Translations under genes and position numbers: made by a program | Origin: Naegleria gruberi | Lineage: Eukaryota | DNA: 64,000 nucleotides | NCBI GenBank assembly: GCA_000004985.1 | Contig: GG738854.1 | Strand: one strand, 5' to 3' | The notes under the pieces: generated by a model | Told to the model about the DNA's origin: nothing | The model's database searches: none | The model's input: only the letters and a program-made list of their open reading frames with translations | Part shown: piece by piece, positions 35,242-47,963 of the stretch | Layout: the number at the start of each line of letters is the position of its first letter | Position numbering within the stretch: the first letter of the stretch is position 1

Positions 35242-35388
35242 CTTGACAGTTTTCCAACTTGTCCAGTAGATCCAACAGCGATGCCTGACATTTCGCATTA
35301 CTAAAATTAATTTCCACTTCCACTCAACATTACGATGAAAAATAAATACATTTCATGATGATAATCCACCAATAAAAATTTAGGGCCA

Positions 35389-37300
35389 TTGGATACAGAT
35401 TCAAACCACGCCACATTTGTAGCTCAAATTAATTTACAAGATTTGAGATTTTATCATTCACCAAAAAGTTATTTACCAGAAAAGGGATGGTTATTCTTTT
35501 TTGTTGGATCTGATAATGGCATTCATTCACAAGATATGAAGCAACCATTTTCTTTCTATTGGAATGGTTCAAAGAATGATTTGAAAAGAGTGGAAAAACC
35601 TGAAGATGTCGCGATTGAGTTGGTAAATCGTTTAATTTTTGATGAATCTTGTGAGCAATTGGAATTTCAATATCCAGACAAGTATGAGTATTATTCTACT
35701 TTCTTTAAATTGTTTGGTCATTCAATTTATCATACCTATCCTGAAACTACAGTGTTATTGGCCTCAACAGGTTATGCATTCTTTTTAGAGAATGAAATTG
35801 AGATAAGAAAGAGAAAGGGAGTTCAATCTCTGATTAGTAGATATGAAAGAAGAGGAAAATCTGAATATGTTTCACCTTCTAATGTTTCAATTCTATCTCA
35901 AGATAGCAATGATAATGATGGACAACATAACATGTTTGAGACATTTTATCCTAGTGCTTTGATATTCAGGAGATATAGCTCTATACACCAGAGTAGAATC
36001 ACTGATTTGGATAATAATTCATATCTTCCATTATTTCTCAAGAATTATAAACCAAAAATCAGTGAAGAACCAACAAAATTTTGGAGAAGAACCGATTTTT
36101 TGACTCCAGGTCAAGAAATTAAAGCTCCTAAAAAGATGCTTACTGCAAATTTTGTAAAGCAAGATCCTGTAACTGATTGGGAGGATCAATCACTTCCTGA
36201 AACAGTTTCAAACAAGGATAAGTGTTTCAAAATTAGCTGTATACTCTCTCCTGATGAGTGTGCAGATTTAAGAATTTGCTCCTTACCTTTCTATACCAAT
36301 ATCCAATCAGAATATCCAACAGAATATAGAAATTGTGAAAGAGCTCTATTGAAGAGTCAAAAATTAGCTGACCTATTGTGGGATAGAATTAGCCCATACT
36401 TTAATTCAACAGATTTCAAGAATGTACAACCGTATGGATTTGACAATAGTGGTGTATGGAAACCAATGGAAATTAATCCATGTTTCCGTTTCTCAGTCTA
36501 CACAACAGATGAAACAACAGGAACCTATTTCAAACCTCACAAAGATGCTCAATTTGTTAAGAATGATAATGAAAAGAGTATTTTCACAGTTTTACTCTAT
36601 TTGAACTATGTGAGATTTGGTGGTTCCACAACTTTCCTCCAAAAAGTTAGAGATGAATCAGAAGATGGATCTGAAATGACTTTTAGAATTATTCATGATC
36701 AATCACCTGAATCAGGAGCTGTTGTTATATTCAATCATGATCTTTATCATCAGGGTTCTCCTGTTGAACGTTATGAAAAGATTATTTTGAGAACTGAGAT
36801 TATATTCAAGAGAGTTGACTCTTTGAGTGTTCCTCGTTCTGATTATAGAAATACACAAGATTATCTCAAAGTTAAACAGTTAATTGAGGAATCAAATGAA
36901 TTAGAAAGACAAGGAGATACCAAACAATCACTCCTCAAATATCTTCATGCGTTGGATGTTCAGACAAACATTTCTCCATCTCTCCAATGGTCTGATTTGA
37001 GTAATAAGAGTCATTTGGAGAGATTGCCTGAGGAAATTATTGGTGTTATTTGTTCCTTCTTAACAAGTAGTCAAATTGCAACACTAATGTTGCCACTTTC
37101 TTCTTTATTGAACTCTTACTCTAGAAATCCAACAATTTGGAAGGAAAAATATGAACAAGAATGGAAAGATGAAAACCAAGAAGAACAAGAAGAGGAAGAA
37201 GTTGAAGAAACAGATATTTTATGTTTTTATGATGAAAAACAAGTCAAATGTCAAAGAAATGAAACTATTTTCATTGAGGCATTAAAAGAATATAAGGATT
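35389..37300 (+). CDS. 2OG-Fe(II) oxygenase (prolyl-4-hydroxylase/PhyA-like) domain protein with a C-terminal F-box. The 3' boundary is unresolved.
   Basis: HxD...H...R triad candidates are FKPHKDAQF, FNHDLYHQGSPV and RTEIIF. The F-box is LERLPEEIIGVICSFLTSSQIATLMLPLSSLL. The same frame runs without a stop into the first exon of the next gene (see findings). Confidence 0.5.
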
Positions 37301-37329
37301 GGTATGCATTATATGTTTCACGTAAGAGT

Positions 37330-38394
37330 ATGGACAAGTTCTGGTCTCCAGTATTACTCGATACAGGTCGTAGCACCTATCGTTATTCTTTACAAAATAG
37401 TGAAACTGCAGAGAAGGATTTAATGATGTGCAGAAAACCAAATCATCCACAGTATGTATTATTCAATGGATTCAGAATTATAATATTTTAATATAGTTTC
37501 AATTTACCAGGGTTTGGATTGGAAGATATTCTTTCTGGAGCTAGAGCTGCAGATAATTTATACTTGACTCAGCCTCTTCCACTCGTTGACAGTTGTGGAA
37601 GAATTGAAGATTATAAGAATTTCAAGACTTTGTTATTCCAATTGTATGCAAATGATTTGAAAGTGAAATTTCAAATTCACCCTTTCGTGTTAGCAATTCC
37701 ATTTTCTTGGACAGAAAATGAAACTTTGCAGGTAAAGAAATTAATTTACGAACTTGGAATTCCATTATCATGCTTGGTTGACTCTTCCAAATTAATTGCA
37801 CTTAATTATTCTAAACCTAATTGCATTGTTTTGAACATTTCATCAAGTGGTGTTGGTTGTGTTCCAATAAGAAATTATGAACCTTTGAATGAATTGAAAT
37901 TATTCGAACCATTCAATATTGCCGAACAAGTTTCATCTAATATGGAAGTTGGGGATAATATCTATGGAGTGTTGAGATTGGTTCTTACCATTCCACCAAC
38001 TCCACCAGAACTTTACGAAACTCTAAAAGAAATATGGGAAGGATTCATCTATGAATCTGAAATTTCATTGGAAGTGGGTGGATATGAGAGAAGTTTTGAT
38101 GTAACTAGATTATTTGATGCTGGAAACCAATTTTATATTACTGCCTTTGAGGCATTAAGGACAAGAATTGAATCTTTGAATAAGGGTGACGCTAGTAATG
38201 CTGAGCATGATGTTTTGATTTGTGGTGGATTTTCTTCAGTAAAAGGAATGAAAGAAAGGTTAACTCGTGAGATTAGAGAAATTTATCCAAATATCAATTT
38301 AGAATTCAAATCTGATGATATGGAAGTTATTGGAGGTGCTAAAATATTTTGCAGTCTGCCAAGCTTTAAGGAACAACTCCAGGTTAGTCAATAG
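37330..38394 (+). CDS. Small divergent actin-related protein of about 335 aa, possibly Arp10/Arp11 dynactin-type, two exons
   Basis: Exon 1 spans 37330..37451 and exon 2 spans 37497..38394. The intron at 37452..37496 has a GTATGT donor and TAG acceptor and restores the frame. Actin motifs are VLLDTGRSTYRYSL, HPFVLAIPFSWTENETLQVKKLIYELGIPLSCLVDSSKLIAL, LICGGFSSVKGMKERLTREI and VIGGAKIFCSL. Confidence 0.6.
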
Positions 38395-38405
38395 ATGTTC
38401 TTTAT

Positions 38406-39554
38406 TTAAGCCAGGCCAATATCTAATGCCATCATGGCCACAAATCCAATAAAAAAGAATAAAATTGAAATCTTTGCCAAGATTTGACTTTTTGAAGTTT
38501 TTGACATGGTGAGTGGAACTAACTCTTCAATCACTACTACAAGCATGACTCCAGAGGCACAAGAAAGGGCATACGGTAAAATTGTAGATGAGATAAATAC
38601 CAATAAACAACCAAATAGACCTCCTAATGGTTCAGTCAATCCAGAGGCTGCTCCTAAAGCAAATGCTTTCCATATTCTTCTGGAGAGAGATCCATTAGTT
38701 TCAGATCCAAATATTGGAAAGGTTACAGAGATACCTTCTGTAATATTCTGGATAGCAATTGAAAATGAAAGAGCAATTGCACTAAACAGTGTAGCTCCAG
38801 AACTTGCAGAATTGGCTGCCGCAGCAAAGGCAACTCCCACGATAATTCCTTCTGGAATATTATGTAGAGTCATGGCTGTGAAAATAACCCAGCTCTTGTG
38901 TCTATTTTCTATTTTATGATGTTCCAAATCAATTTCATCTTGTTGATTAACATTATCAGAACTTTCAATTTGATTCATTTCCACGTTCTCTTCCACCGAA
39001 TCATTTACTTGAATTCCTCTACTTTTTTTCAATTTCTTCTCAATAAATTGTTGAATTTTGTGAACTAATCCATCAAAAATCATAATAGCAACAACTCCAA
39101 CTAGAAAACTCAATCCAACAACTAATAGCATTTCAAATTTTGTATCATCTTCTCCAAAATGATTAATGGCAGGTAATAATAAACTAAAGAATGAAGCACC
39201 TAACATGACACCAGCTCCAAATGAAATTGACAATGGAATCAAGACATCATTTGTGAATGAAACATTTTGATATTCATTACTAGTTTTCCAAAATTTACCA
39301 AAAACCAATCTTCCAAGAAGGTTAGAAAATTTAGAATTTACAGAATTTCTACTTTCGAATTTGGAACAATACGAACAAAAGATCAAACTAGCTCCGAGGG
39401 CAGTGGTGGCCGAATTGATGAGTGTGAAAATAAGAGTTTGAAACACTGGATGAATACCCAATAGAAAATCCGTAACATGTCCATTTTGAGTTGTGTTAGA
39501 ATATGATGGGAGGGAATCATTAGCAAGTAAATAGAGAGGGAACAAGTCGGACAT
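38406..39554 (-). CDS. ZIP-family metal (zinc) transporter (ZupT/ZIP11-like)
   Basis: ZIP signature HNIPEGIIVGVAFAAA. A histidine-rich cytoplasmic loop (LEHHKIENRHK) and about 8 TM helices. Single exon. Confidence 0.8.
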   Translation of the reverse strand: MSDLFPLYLLANDSLPSYSNTTQNGHVTDFLLGIHPVFQTLIFTLINSATTALGASLIFCSYCSKFESRNSVNSKFSNLLGRLVFGKFWKTSNEYQNVSFTNDVLIPLSISFGAGVMLGASFFSLLLPAINHFGEDDTKFEMLLVVGLSFLVGVVAIMIFDGLVHKIQQFIEKKLKKSRGIQVNDSVEENVEMNQIESSDNVNQQDEIDLEHHKIENRHKSWVIFTAMTLHNIPEGIIVGVAFAAAANSASSGATLFSAIALSFSIAIQNITEGISVTFPIFGSETNGSLSRRIWKAFALGAASGLTEPLGGLFGCLLVFISSTILPYALSCASGVMLVVVIEELVPLTMSKTSKSQILAKISILFFFIGFVAMMALDIGLA

Positions 39555-39846
39555 TTTTCAATGCAATGTACAACTGAACACACACTGTGTTGACAAAGAG
39601 AGAGATGGTGAGTAAAAGGTGGCAGCGTTTGATTTACTTACATTTTTTTCTATTTTGGTTTGCTCCATAATTGGCCCTCATTACATGTGACAGTAAAATG
39701 CAACAACTTTCTACAATGAAATGTTGGTAAGTTTAAATGAAATATTTATATTGTAGATATATCTGGAACAAACAATTCCAATAAAAACCATATATACTAT
39801 AAGAATAATAAGAACATTGAGGAGACGAGTTGCTCCTCCACATTTT

Positions 39847-40552
39847 TCAATCCAAATGATTATTATATTTATCAACTTGTGAACTCATATCATATAATAA
39901 TTGAGCTTGTTTATCCAAATCATCAGAAAATGAATTGGCAATTCCACCAACTTGTTGAATTTGACCAAGTAAAATATCTATTTTGATATCTTGAATAGCT
40001 TTAGCTTGTTCTATTTGTTCCAAACCTTCACTAATGTCAACTGAGGGAATTTCATTCTTTGCTTTTTGAAAACTTTCAACAGAATCAAATTTGACATTCT
40101 TTAGTTCAATATCATCATGGAGTTCTTCACCCATCATTAAGGTGTGTTTTGCTTGCACTAATTTACTGGAATCCATGAAATGTTGAATATCATTCTCTCT
40201 TTGCTTTCTCATTTGAAGCAGCATTTGAATTTCTTTCCATAATAAAGTTTTTTGAAAAGCTTGTTTATGAATTGTTATTAATTAATTCATTTCATCTTCC
40301 ATCTTTGAGATTGACTTTCTAATATCATTATTTAAACGAGCATTGCTAATTTGTCGTTCCTTTGTTTCTAATAAAGATTCGACTTTATCAATGGCAAGTT
40401 TAACATTAACTATTCAAGGTGTAAATGAAACTATAAATGTTATTATTTACCTTTTTGTTGTTCAAACTTGTCCAACTTTTTTAGTTTCTGTTGAAATTCT
40501 TTTTGTGTGTCTAATTGAGCACTTTCGACAACTTGTCCACAATCTATTCTAG
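39847..40552 (-). CDS. Q-SNARE (t-SNARE coiled-coil, syntaxin-6/8 or Vti1-like). Exon structure only partly resolved.
   Basis: The C-terminal exon carries a SNARE heptad motif ending in Q, IDILLGQIQQVGGIANSFSDDLDKQAQLL. Upstream exon fragments lie at 40240-40552 and at least one intron has a weak donor. No clear C-terminal TM in the listed ORF. Confidence 0.4.
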
Positions 40553-40555
40553 GGA

Positions 40556-41110
40556 AGAAGGATAAATTACAGCACGCAGGGGGAGAGGGGGTCTTGGCCA
40601 AATTATTAAAATAAAAATTAAAAAATTAAAAAATAATAAATAAAATAGAATGATTTCATTTGCAAAAACCGCTACAAGATGACCGTTAAATATTCAACAA
40701 AAAAAAAACAACAATTACTCATCATGATTTCATCACCACCCTGCTAAATAACAACCTTCATCACGCTACCTTGATACCACCGGAGGAGAAGTTCTTTTGC
40801 TTCCTTCCACATCATAGCCAACATTCAACATCTGTCATTTACTTGAAGTTGTTGGTACATTGAAGTGAGGGTTCAGAACGAACACCAATCACACTTGGCC
40901 ATTGTTCAGAACCCAGAAAGTGCTTGTTGCTCGAAGAACAAGTGGTAATTGATACTTTGAACGCCCTGTTTTTCTCTTGGTCTAATAAAGACTTGTATTG
41001 TTAATAAACTTCTATCTATAACAAATCATGAAAAAAAATCATACAACACCCTCAGTTGGTAGGAGGGGGTTCCAGACGGCCAAAAAGTGTAATTTATCCT
41101 TCTTCCCCTA
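40556..41110. repeat. Pair of about 22-bp inverted repeats (TAGGG(G)AAGAAGGATAAATTACA) flanking about 500 bp. The adjoining G-rich/GGCCAA direct-repeat components are also shared.
   Basis: 40556..40582 is the reverse complement of 41084..41110 with one indel. Both copies are followed internally by a GAGGGGG...GGCCAA motif. Possible MITE or foldback element. Confidence 0.45.
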
Positions 41111-41619
41111 ATCTGATAAAGTCGACGTAGTAGATCAGCCAAACCTGGTGAAGTTTGCATTAAATCTATTGTTTCTATAATGTTAGAATCTATGTCTGCC
41201 ATGTTATTTCTTTTTTTTAATTGTTTTGGTTCACTTGAGTTTGCTTTCGAATACAAATACTGATCTGGCCGAGTAAAAAAAAAATTGCTCCAAAGCAAAA
41301 ACCTTAAAAATAGATGGTTGTCATCAACTCGAATCTTAACAACAAATTCTTATTTGCCAGCCAACTTTCTTACCTACTAAGAGTATTAAAACCAATGTTT
41401 TTGAGTTTGGGTATAAAATATTGGAAGAACCTATGGACAACTGCCAATTCTATTTCATGTTATTGTGTTAGAGGAGAGTTTTACAAATATGGTTAGATTG
41501 AAATATCCTCAAGTAACATAATTTGTGACTGTAACCTTGGATAATAAGATTCTTTTGATAGTGGTAACCAGATCTAAAAATCTCAGAGGAAAAACAACTG
41601 AAATAAAAAATCCAACAAC

Positions 41620-44600
41620 ATGACATGGCCAACAACACAACAACAAACATGGAAACAACAAGGCTACATTGCATGTTGTATCATTCTTGTGTTATTGTGT
41701 TCAACATGGCATGTAAATTCTTCAATTCAAGGACCTGTCAATTACTTTGTCAAGACAATTGAAGGCAATACATTTAATTTAGATACAGTGGAAGCAAAGT
41801 ATGCATACATGTTATCTCCATCAGGATTAAGTCTTGGACTAGATGATGATTTATTTGTTTCAGATATTGATAGACATTTAGTTTTTAGAATTTATGATAA
41901 TTTATCAACTGCTGAAGTTTATGCAGGTTTTGGAACTAGTGGATTTAATGGAGATGGTTTGTCAGCAATTGATACATTGTTTAATACACCTACAGCTATA
42001 TCAGTCAATCCACTAAATGGTGATTTGTATATTGCTGATACACTCAATAATAAGATTAGGATAGTTTCGAAAAACTCTAAAATAGTTTCATCAATTTCGC
42101 AGAGCACATTTAACAAACCGAGAGGAATTCATGTTTCTCCAAATGGATTTGTTTACATTGCTGATACTGAAAATAATTTAATTAAGAAATATGAAATTTC
42201 AACAAGACAAATTTCCATACTTGGTGGAGGTGGATATCTGAGTGGAGAATATAATGGAGTGGATGCAAAATTATTGAAATTACAATCACCAATGAATTTA
42301 TTTGTGGTTTCGAATGGAAAGAATGATATAGTTTATTTCACAGATGAAGAAAGAGTCAAGTCAATTGACGAAAATGGAATTTATAGAATGGTGGATGGTG
42401 GAATGCCTCAATCAAATTTGTAAGTTTGCTTCCAGCATGTGTTTACATTTATTCGAATTATTTCGTATAAAAATTAGATTTGGAATTTATGTTTCGGATC
42501 AAGGTGAAATATATACGTCATCACAAAAGAATCATTTCATTCAAATGAAATTAACAAAATCATCACAAACAAGTATTTTTATAGGAAGTTCTTCATCTGA
42601 AAGTGGATATAGTGGGGATAATCAGCAATTTAATTCACCCAACATCAAATTTTATGAACCATCTTCATTGGTTGTCACTCAAAATTCTATTCTAGTTGCA
42701 GATAAATCGAATAATTGTATTCGAAAGATTAATTTACAAGATATGATGGTTTCAACACTTGCAGGTGGACTTGTAAATCATGCAAATGGTGAAAATATTT
42801 CTCCGCTTAGTATGCATTCAATTGGAAATGCTCAATTTCCATTCAAGTATAAGAATGATTTGTATTTTGTGGAAAAAAACAATATTTTACGAAAGGTTTC
42901 GAATGGAAAGATGACAACTGTATTGGGATGTGAAAAATCACTAACTTATCCAGCAAACATTCCCCAACGTACCTTCGTTCTAATAATTTCATTATCTTAT
43001 GCTGGAAATGGAAATGTTATGTTTTTTGCAGGTCTAGAAAATTCACTTTACAATTTCAATCTGGATTCTCAAAACTTGACGCTTATCTCAAAACTTGATT
43101 ATTATACAACTTCATTTGCCTTAATTGGTGATTCAGTTCATAATGCAACAATTTATTATAGAACCGATTTGGGAAAAGTTTGTGTTTTTAAGAATTTAGA
43201 GGCAAATCCTTCATATTGTTTGTCCATTCCAGTAACAGGAGCTGTAGATCACATTATTGTGATTCCTGATTTTAGTTATAACGGAACAAATTCCATATTT
43301 TACTATTCAGATACTTATAATAGTATTAATGAATATATTGATTACAAGAATGGTTCAATGTCAACTCGCATAACACAATTGCCAACTGTTACATCATTTA
43401 GTGGATTTTCACACTATGATAGATATTTCTATTTTTGGAATATGGGACAAATTTATGAGATGCAAATGGACACTTACTCCATAAGAAAGTTTGCAGGAAT
43501 AGATGCCTTTAATGTTTCTAATACTTTAGTTTATGCCTTGGGTTACAATGGTGAAAATATACCTTTAAATAGTTCAGCTCTGTAAGTTTTTCATTCATGA
43601 ATAATTTCAAACATGGAAAGTTTTACACCAAGTACTACCAGAATAGGATCTGAAATATATGTCACCAGCCTTTATGGCATTAGTGAAATATCCAATGGAA
43701 GAATATTTACAATTGTTGGATTAACTCCAACCTCAAAAACGATAAGTCCACTCATCTTAATGAGAGATCCAATGAAAAAGATAATCTACTATATTGATCT
43801 TAGAACTTTAAAGCAATATGATGAGAATACAGGTATTTCAAAATCCTTGTCCACATCAATTTTCTCATCACCAGCCATTCCTTTCAATGATTCACCCTTT
43901 TTAATAATGAATACATATCCATTAAAACCGTTTGGACTATTCTCAACATTTGATAGGAAGATCTATTTTAAGGACAATTGTAGAATACTTCGAATTGATC
44001 CAGAAACATTGAATTTTGAAACTATTATTGGAAATTCTTGTTCAACTCTAGTTGCTGGAGTTAAGGTATGTTTTTGAGATTTACAATTTCTAAAATTGTT
44101 AGGGATTGGATTCAGGATGCCCTACGTTTCAAGAAATGAGTGGAATGACATTTGATCAGACCAATGGTGATATACTAATATCCTTAGAAAACTATAAGAT
44201 TTACAGATATAATTTACAAACACAAATGTTATCACTTGAATTTACATTTGCTACAAGTACTTCTTATTCTCCTGATGGCATAATAACTAATCAAACTTCT
44301 GTTGGGAAAATTACAAATATCCGACATCAAAATGGATATCTATATTTCAGTACAAGTGTTGCTATTAGAAGAATAGAAAAGTTATCTGATAATACATACT
44401 ATTTGAGAACTCTTGTTGGAAATTCAGAAAAAGGATATTCAGGAACCAATTTACCAGCACTTCAATCTTCTCTTGATACTCCTTCATCATTCTATGTGAA
44501 AAATAATGGTGATATTATAATTTTGGATGGTTCTGAAGCTTATTATGTCAGAATGTACCAGCAAAGAACTGGATTATTGATAGATATTGCAGGATCAAGA

Positions 44601-46062
44601 TCTATCTCTTCCAGATACAATGGAGATGGTTTTGTACCCTATCCAACCTTTTCATCTTTTTCAAAACAAGTTGATTTTGATGAAAGTAGTGGGGAAATTT
44701 TCCTTATTGATCTTAAATCCTATATACGTAAGATTACTCCAACTTGTAGTGGAAATTACACATTCAACATTATTAATACTACTTGTGATCTGTTAATTAG
44801 TTGTAATGGATCGATAGCAACAAGTGGATATGTTTGCAATGGTAATGGGGTCTGTTCTGATTTTGAAATCTGCCAATGTAATGATGGATTTGAAGGAAGA
44901 TATTGTGAAATTCAGAAAAGTCACCCATCAAGTGATTCTACAATTTTGATAGTCTCAATTGTAATTCCTATTATTGGATCAATATTATTGTTCACCGTTA
45001 TATTTGTGATTATTGTAATTTTAGTTTGTTTTTGCAGAAACAAAAAGAAGGAAAACTTTGAAATTGGTCAAATGGACACAAATAATATTGAGCTTTCAGA
45101 TAATACATTTCTTTCTACTAGTTCAAGAATAGTTTCATCCTCAGCCGGTTCCTCGGTAGAATCAGAGAATGATAGCCCATTTTCCAGATACTCAAATATT
45201 ACAAGAATAGGGCAAGGTGCTTTTGGAAGTGTTTTTAAAGTAACTGATACAAAGGATAGAAACAGACTGAAAGCAATCAAGCTTGTTAAATTTGAATCAT
45301 TGACTGATCTTAATACAATCATGAAAGAAGCTTCTCAATTGAGTTGTGTAAATCATCCAAACATTATCAAAATGAATGATTATTTCATCACCAATGACAA
45401 GTCGTTAATTATTGATATGGATTACTATGAAATGGGTGATTTGGCTCAGTTGAAACCAGAATATTGTACTGAGAAGCTTATCCAACAAATATTGAAGCAA
45501 TCACTAAGTGCTTTGAAATATGTACACGAGGAAATGAATATTATTCATAGGTATGTAATATTTCTCTCTTGCTTATTGAATTTAAATTTTGAAATAGAGA
45601 TATCAAACCAACCAATATTTTCATAAAGAAGTTGACTAGTGATAATATTGAGATTGTCTTGGCAGATTTTGGATTAGCCAAAAAGTATCAAGAGTCCAAA
45701 GGTCAATCATATGCTGGAACACCACTGTGTAAGTTTCAATAATTTTCATTTTCAACGAAATATGAAAAGTTATGAGTCCTGAAGTGGCTCTTGGTAGTTC
45801 ATACTCATTCAATACTGATATTTTCTCATTAGGAGTTTCCATATATCAAATTATGACGAATGATCGTGTAACTTCAATAAGCAACTTGTTGATGGGAAAT
45901 CAATCAGAAAATGCAACTAATATTTTAACGAATCAAATGAAAGAATCACCTAGTCAGGAATATTCTGATGAGTTGATTGAGATTGTTTTGAAAATGGTGG
46001 AAAAGGATTTGAATATTAGACCAAACGCCTCACAGTTACTTTCTCTCTCATATTTCAAATAA
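41620..46062 (+). CDS. Receptor-like Ser/Thr kinase: signal peptide, about 15 NHL repeats (six-bladed beta-propeller type), EGF-like module, single TM helix and a cytoplasmic protein kinase. Six exons.
   Basis: Exons span 41620..42419, 42478..43581, 43621..44065, 44103..45550, 45598..45728 and 45770..46062. All five introns (42420..42477, 43582..43620, 44066..44102, 45551..45597, 45729..45769) have GTAAGT or GTATGT donors and AG acceptors and are in frame. NHL units resemble SPRGIHVSPNGFVYIADTENNLIKK. The EGF-like module is CNGNGVCSDFEICQCNDGFEGRYCE. TM helix ILIVSIVIPIIGSILLFTVIFVIIVILVCF. Kinase motifs are IGQGAFGSVFK, AIK, HRDIKPTNIF, DFGLAK and GTPLFMSPE. Confidence 0.75.
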
Positions 46063-46860
46063 ATTGTCCAGCATTGAATATTTGGTAGAATTGAGTAAAT
46101 TTTCCCTTTGCACTCTAAAATAAATTCCTACATTATTAATACATTAAATTATTAAATTTGTAATTATTAAAGCTTTAATATATCTTTCATAAACAGGTAA
46201 GGCTTCAATGATCAACTTGTAGGAATGTAATGGTTTGGAATTGATCGGACTTTTTCAAAATTGTTGAAAATGTTGTATCTCCACTCCAAGAAAGATGTAT
46301 CGTCAAATATTAACCAAAGGCTGCTTTGCTTATTTTTTTTAAAAAATAAAATTGTAAACAATCTTAATTATTTAAATTCTAAATTAAGGACAAAATAAGA
46401 ACTCGTAATTTCTTCACTCACAATTCAATGTAATTAATCCACTTTGTAATACTGTAAAGTTTACAATAAGATTTTTCAAACCAATAAGTCCTTTAAAATT
46501 GAATGGTTTTTGTTATCCATTTCTTTATTGTGCTCATCTTTAGTTTCCCTATCACCCTCGCACTTTTTATTGGTCTTTCATTTTCATACATTCCATTCAT
46601 TACAATACTCAATTCAATACCAATTATCATTTCGCACTGTATTGTTATTTCTGCGACAATAAATTCTGGTTGAATCTTGACCATCCAATTTTACCATTGT
46701 TAGATTCTCTAAAAAAAACTGCAAAACAAAATCCAACACTAAATCGTGCCGTTACTTGTTTTTGATTACATATTTAAAAGAGAATTGTGTCGCTTCAAGC
46801 CTATACGAGAGACACTCATCAATTTTGAACAAGAAGGATATATAGTAGTAAAATTGTTCA

Positions 46861-47822
46861 TGAATAAGAATAATCAAAATGCGTCTTCTTCCTCTTCTGA
46901 TAAGAAGAAGAAGAATAAGAAGGATCCATCTTTTAAATTTGTGGATATGACTTCGGAATGGGAACCATGTATGTCAGGCATTAGAAAGGAAAAGAAATAT
47001 TTTCAATTGAGAAAACAATTAAAAACATGCGAAAACTTTCAGGATAATTACTTTGTCATTAGTATGCCAAAGAAGAGAAAAGGCTCTGGTGCAACTGATG
47101 AAGAAGATGATGAAGAACAACAACAAGATAACAATGTTGATAATAGTAATCAACAACAAATGCAATCATCAATGACACAATATGATCCATCACAACAAAT
47201 ACCTCCGAACATCAACACTAGTAATATGAATATTCCAATTATTAATACGAGAAATATTTTACGTTTTGATAATGCAACCCCAACAAGAAATCAATTCACT
47301 TTTGTTCCTCAACCTGTTAATCCTCCTGTAAAAACATTATCTAATGGTTTAGTTGAGTATAATAATGTAAAAATTAGTACGGCTTCAAATTTTGATTCTC
47401 AAAAGAAAAAGAAGAGAAAATCAAATCCTCAACAACCTCCTCAACATTCTAACATTCAAGAAAATCAACATGTACATAATAATCAACAATACCCTCCTAC
47501 AAATACACCACCACACTTTAATTCAGATTTTATTGGAAATGCATCAATTATTAGTGCTGACATTGTGAATGATGATTTTGAAAGATATCACAATTTGTCA
47601 AATGCTCAAGTTTTGGATGCTAGTTTCATTCCTTTCACTCCAATTGATAATATTTCAATGGGGTCAGTGAATATCACTGCTAACCCTTTACCAGAACTGG
47701 ATACGGTTTCGATTTCATTTTCTGAACCAATGTCCTTTAATGGTGATTTTAACTTTGAGGATTTACCTGACTTGGAATTATTTGGAAATGTGGAAATTAA
47801 CGTTTCATCTGGATCTCGGTGA
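46861..47822 (+). CDS. Hypothetical Q/N/S-rich, probably nuclear, protein with basic KKRK-like patches
   Basis: Continuous ORF. Open upstream to 46746. Low-complexity polyQ/N stretches. No recognisable domain. Confidence 0.35.
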
Positions 47823-47963
47823 CAACGAATTTATTAATAAATTAATTTTATTGTAATAAGTTAAATAAGTTAATTGTGCTAATGCTAATTAGACACAATC
47901 CAAGAATACTTGGATTACGAATATGTACACGTACTATAATTCTCTACAAAACTGTTGTCAAAA

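Noticed and set aside
37519-38394. ORF-track start M at 37519, and similar starts at 44106, 54670, 55748, 56572 and 59500
   Set aside because: These M residues are TTG/GTG codons translated as Met under bacterial rules. In this eukaryote they are internal codons of spliced exons, so they were not used as starts.
40343-40552. ORF 40343..40552 (+)
   Set aside because: Antisense to the upstream exons of the SNARE gene. Hydrophobic junk translation.
41026-41298. 90-aa minus ORF; the inner 58-aa version MADIDSN... begins at the ATG at 41203
   Set aside because: Its C-terminal third is encoded by the right arm of the inverted repeat at 41084..41110 and it has no recognisable domain. It may be real, but evidence is insufficient, so it is left unannotated.
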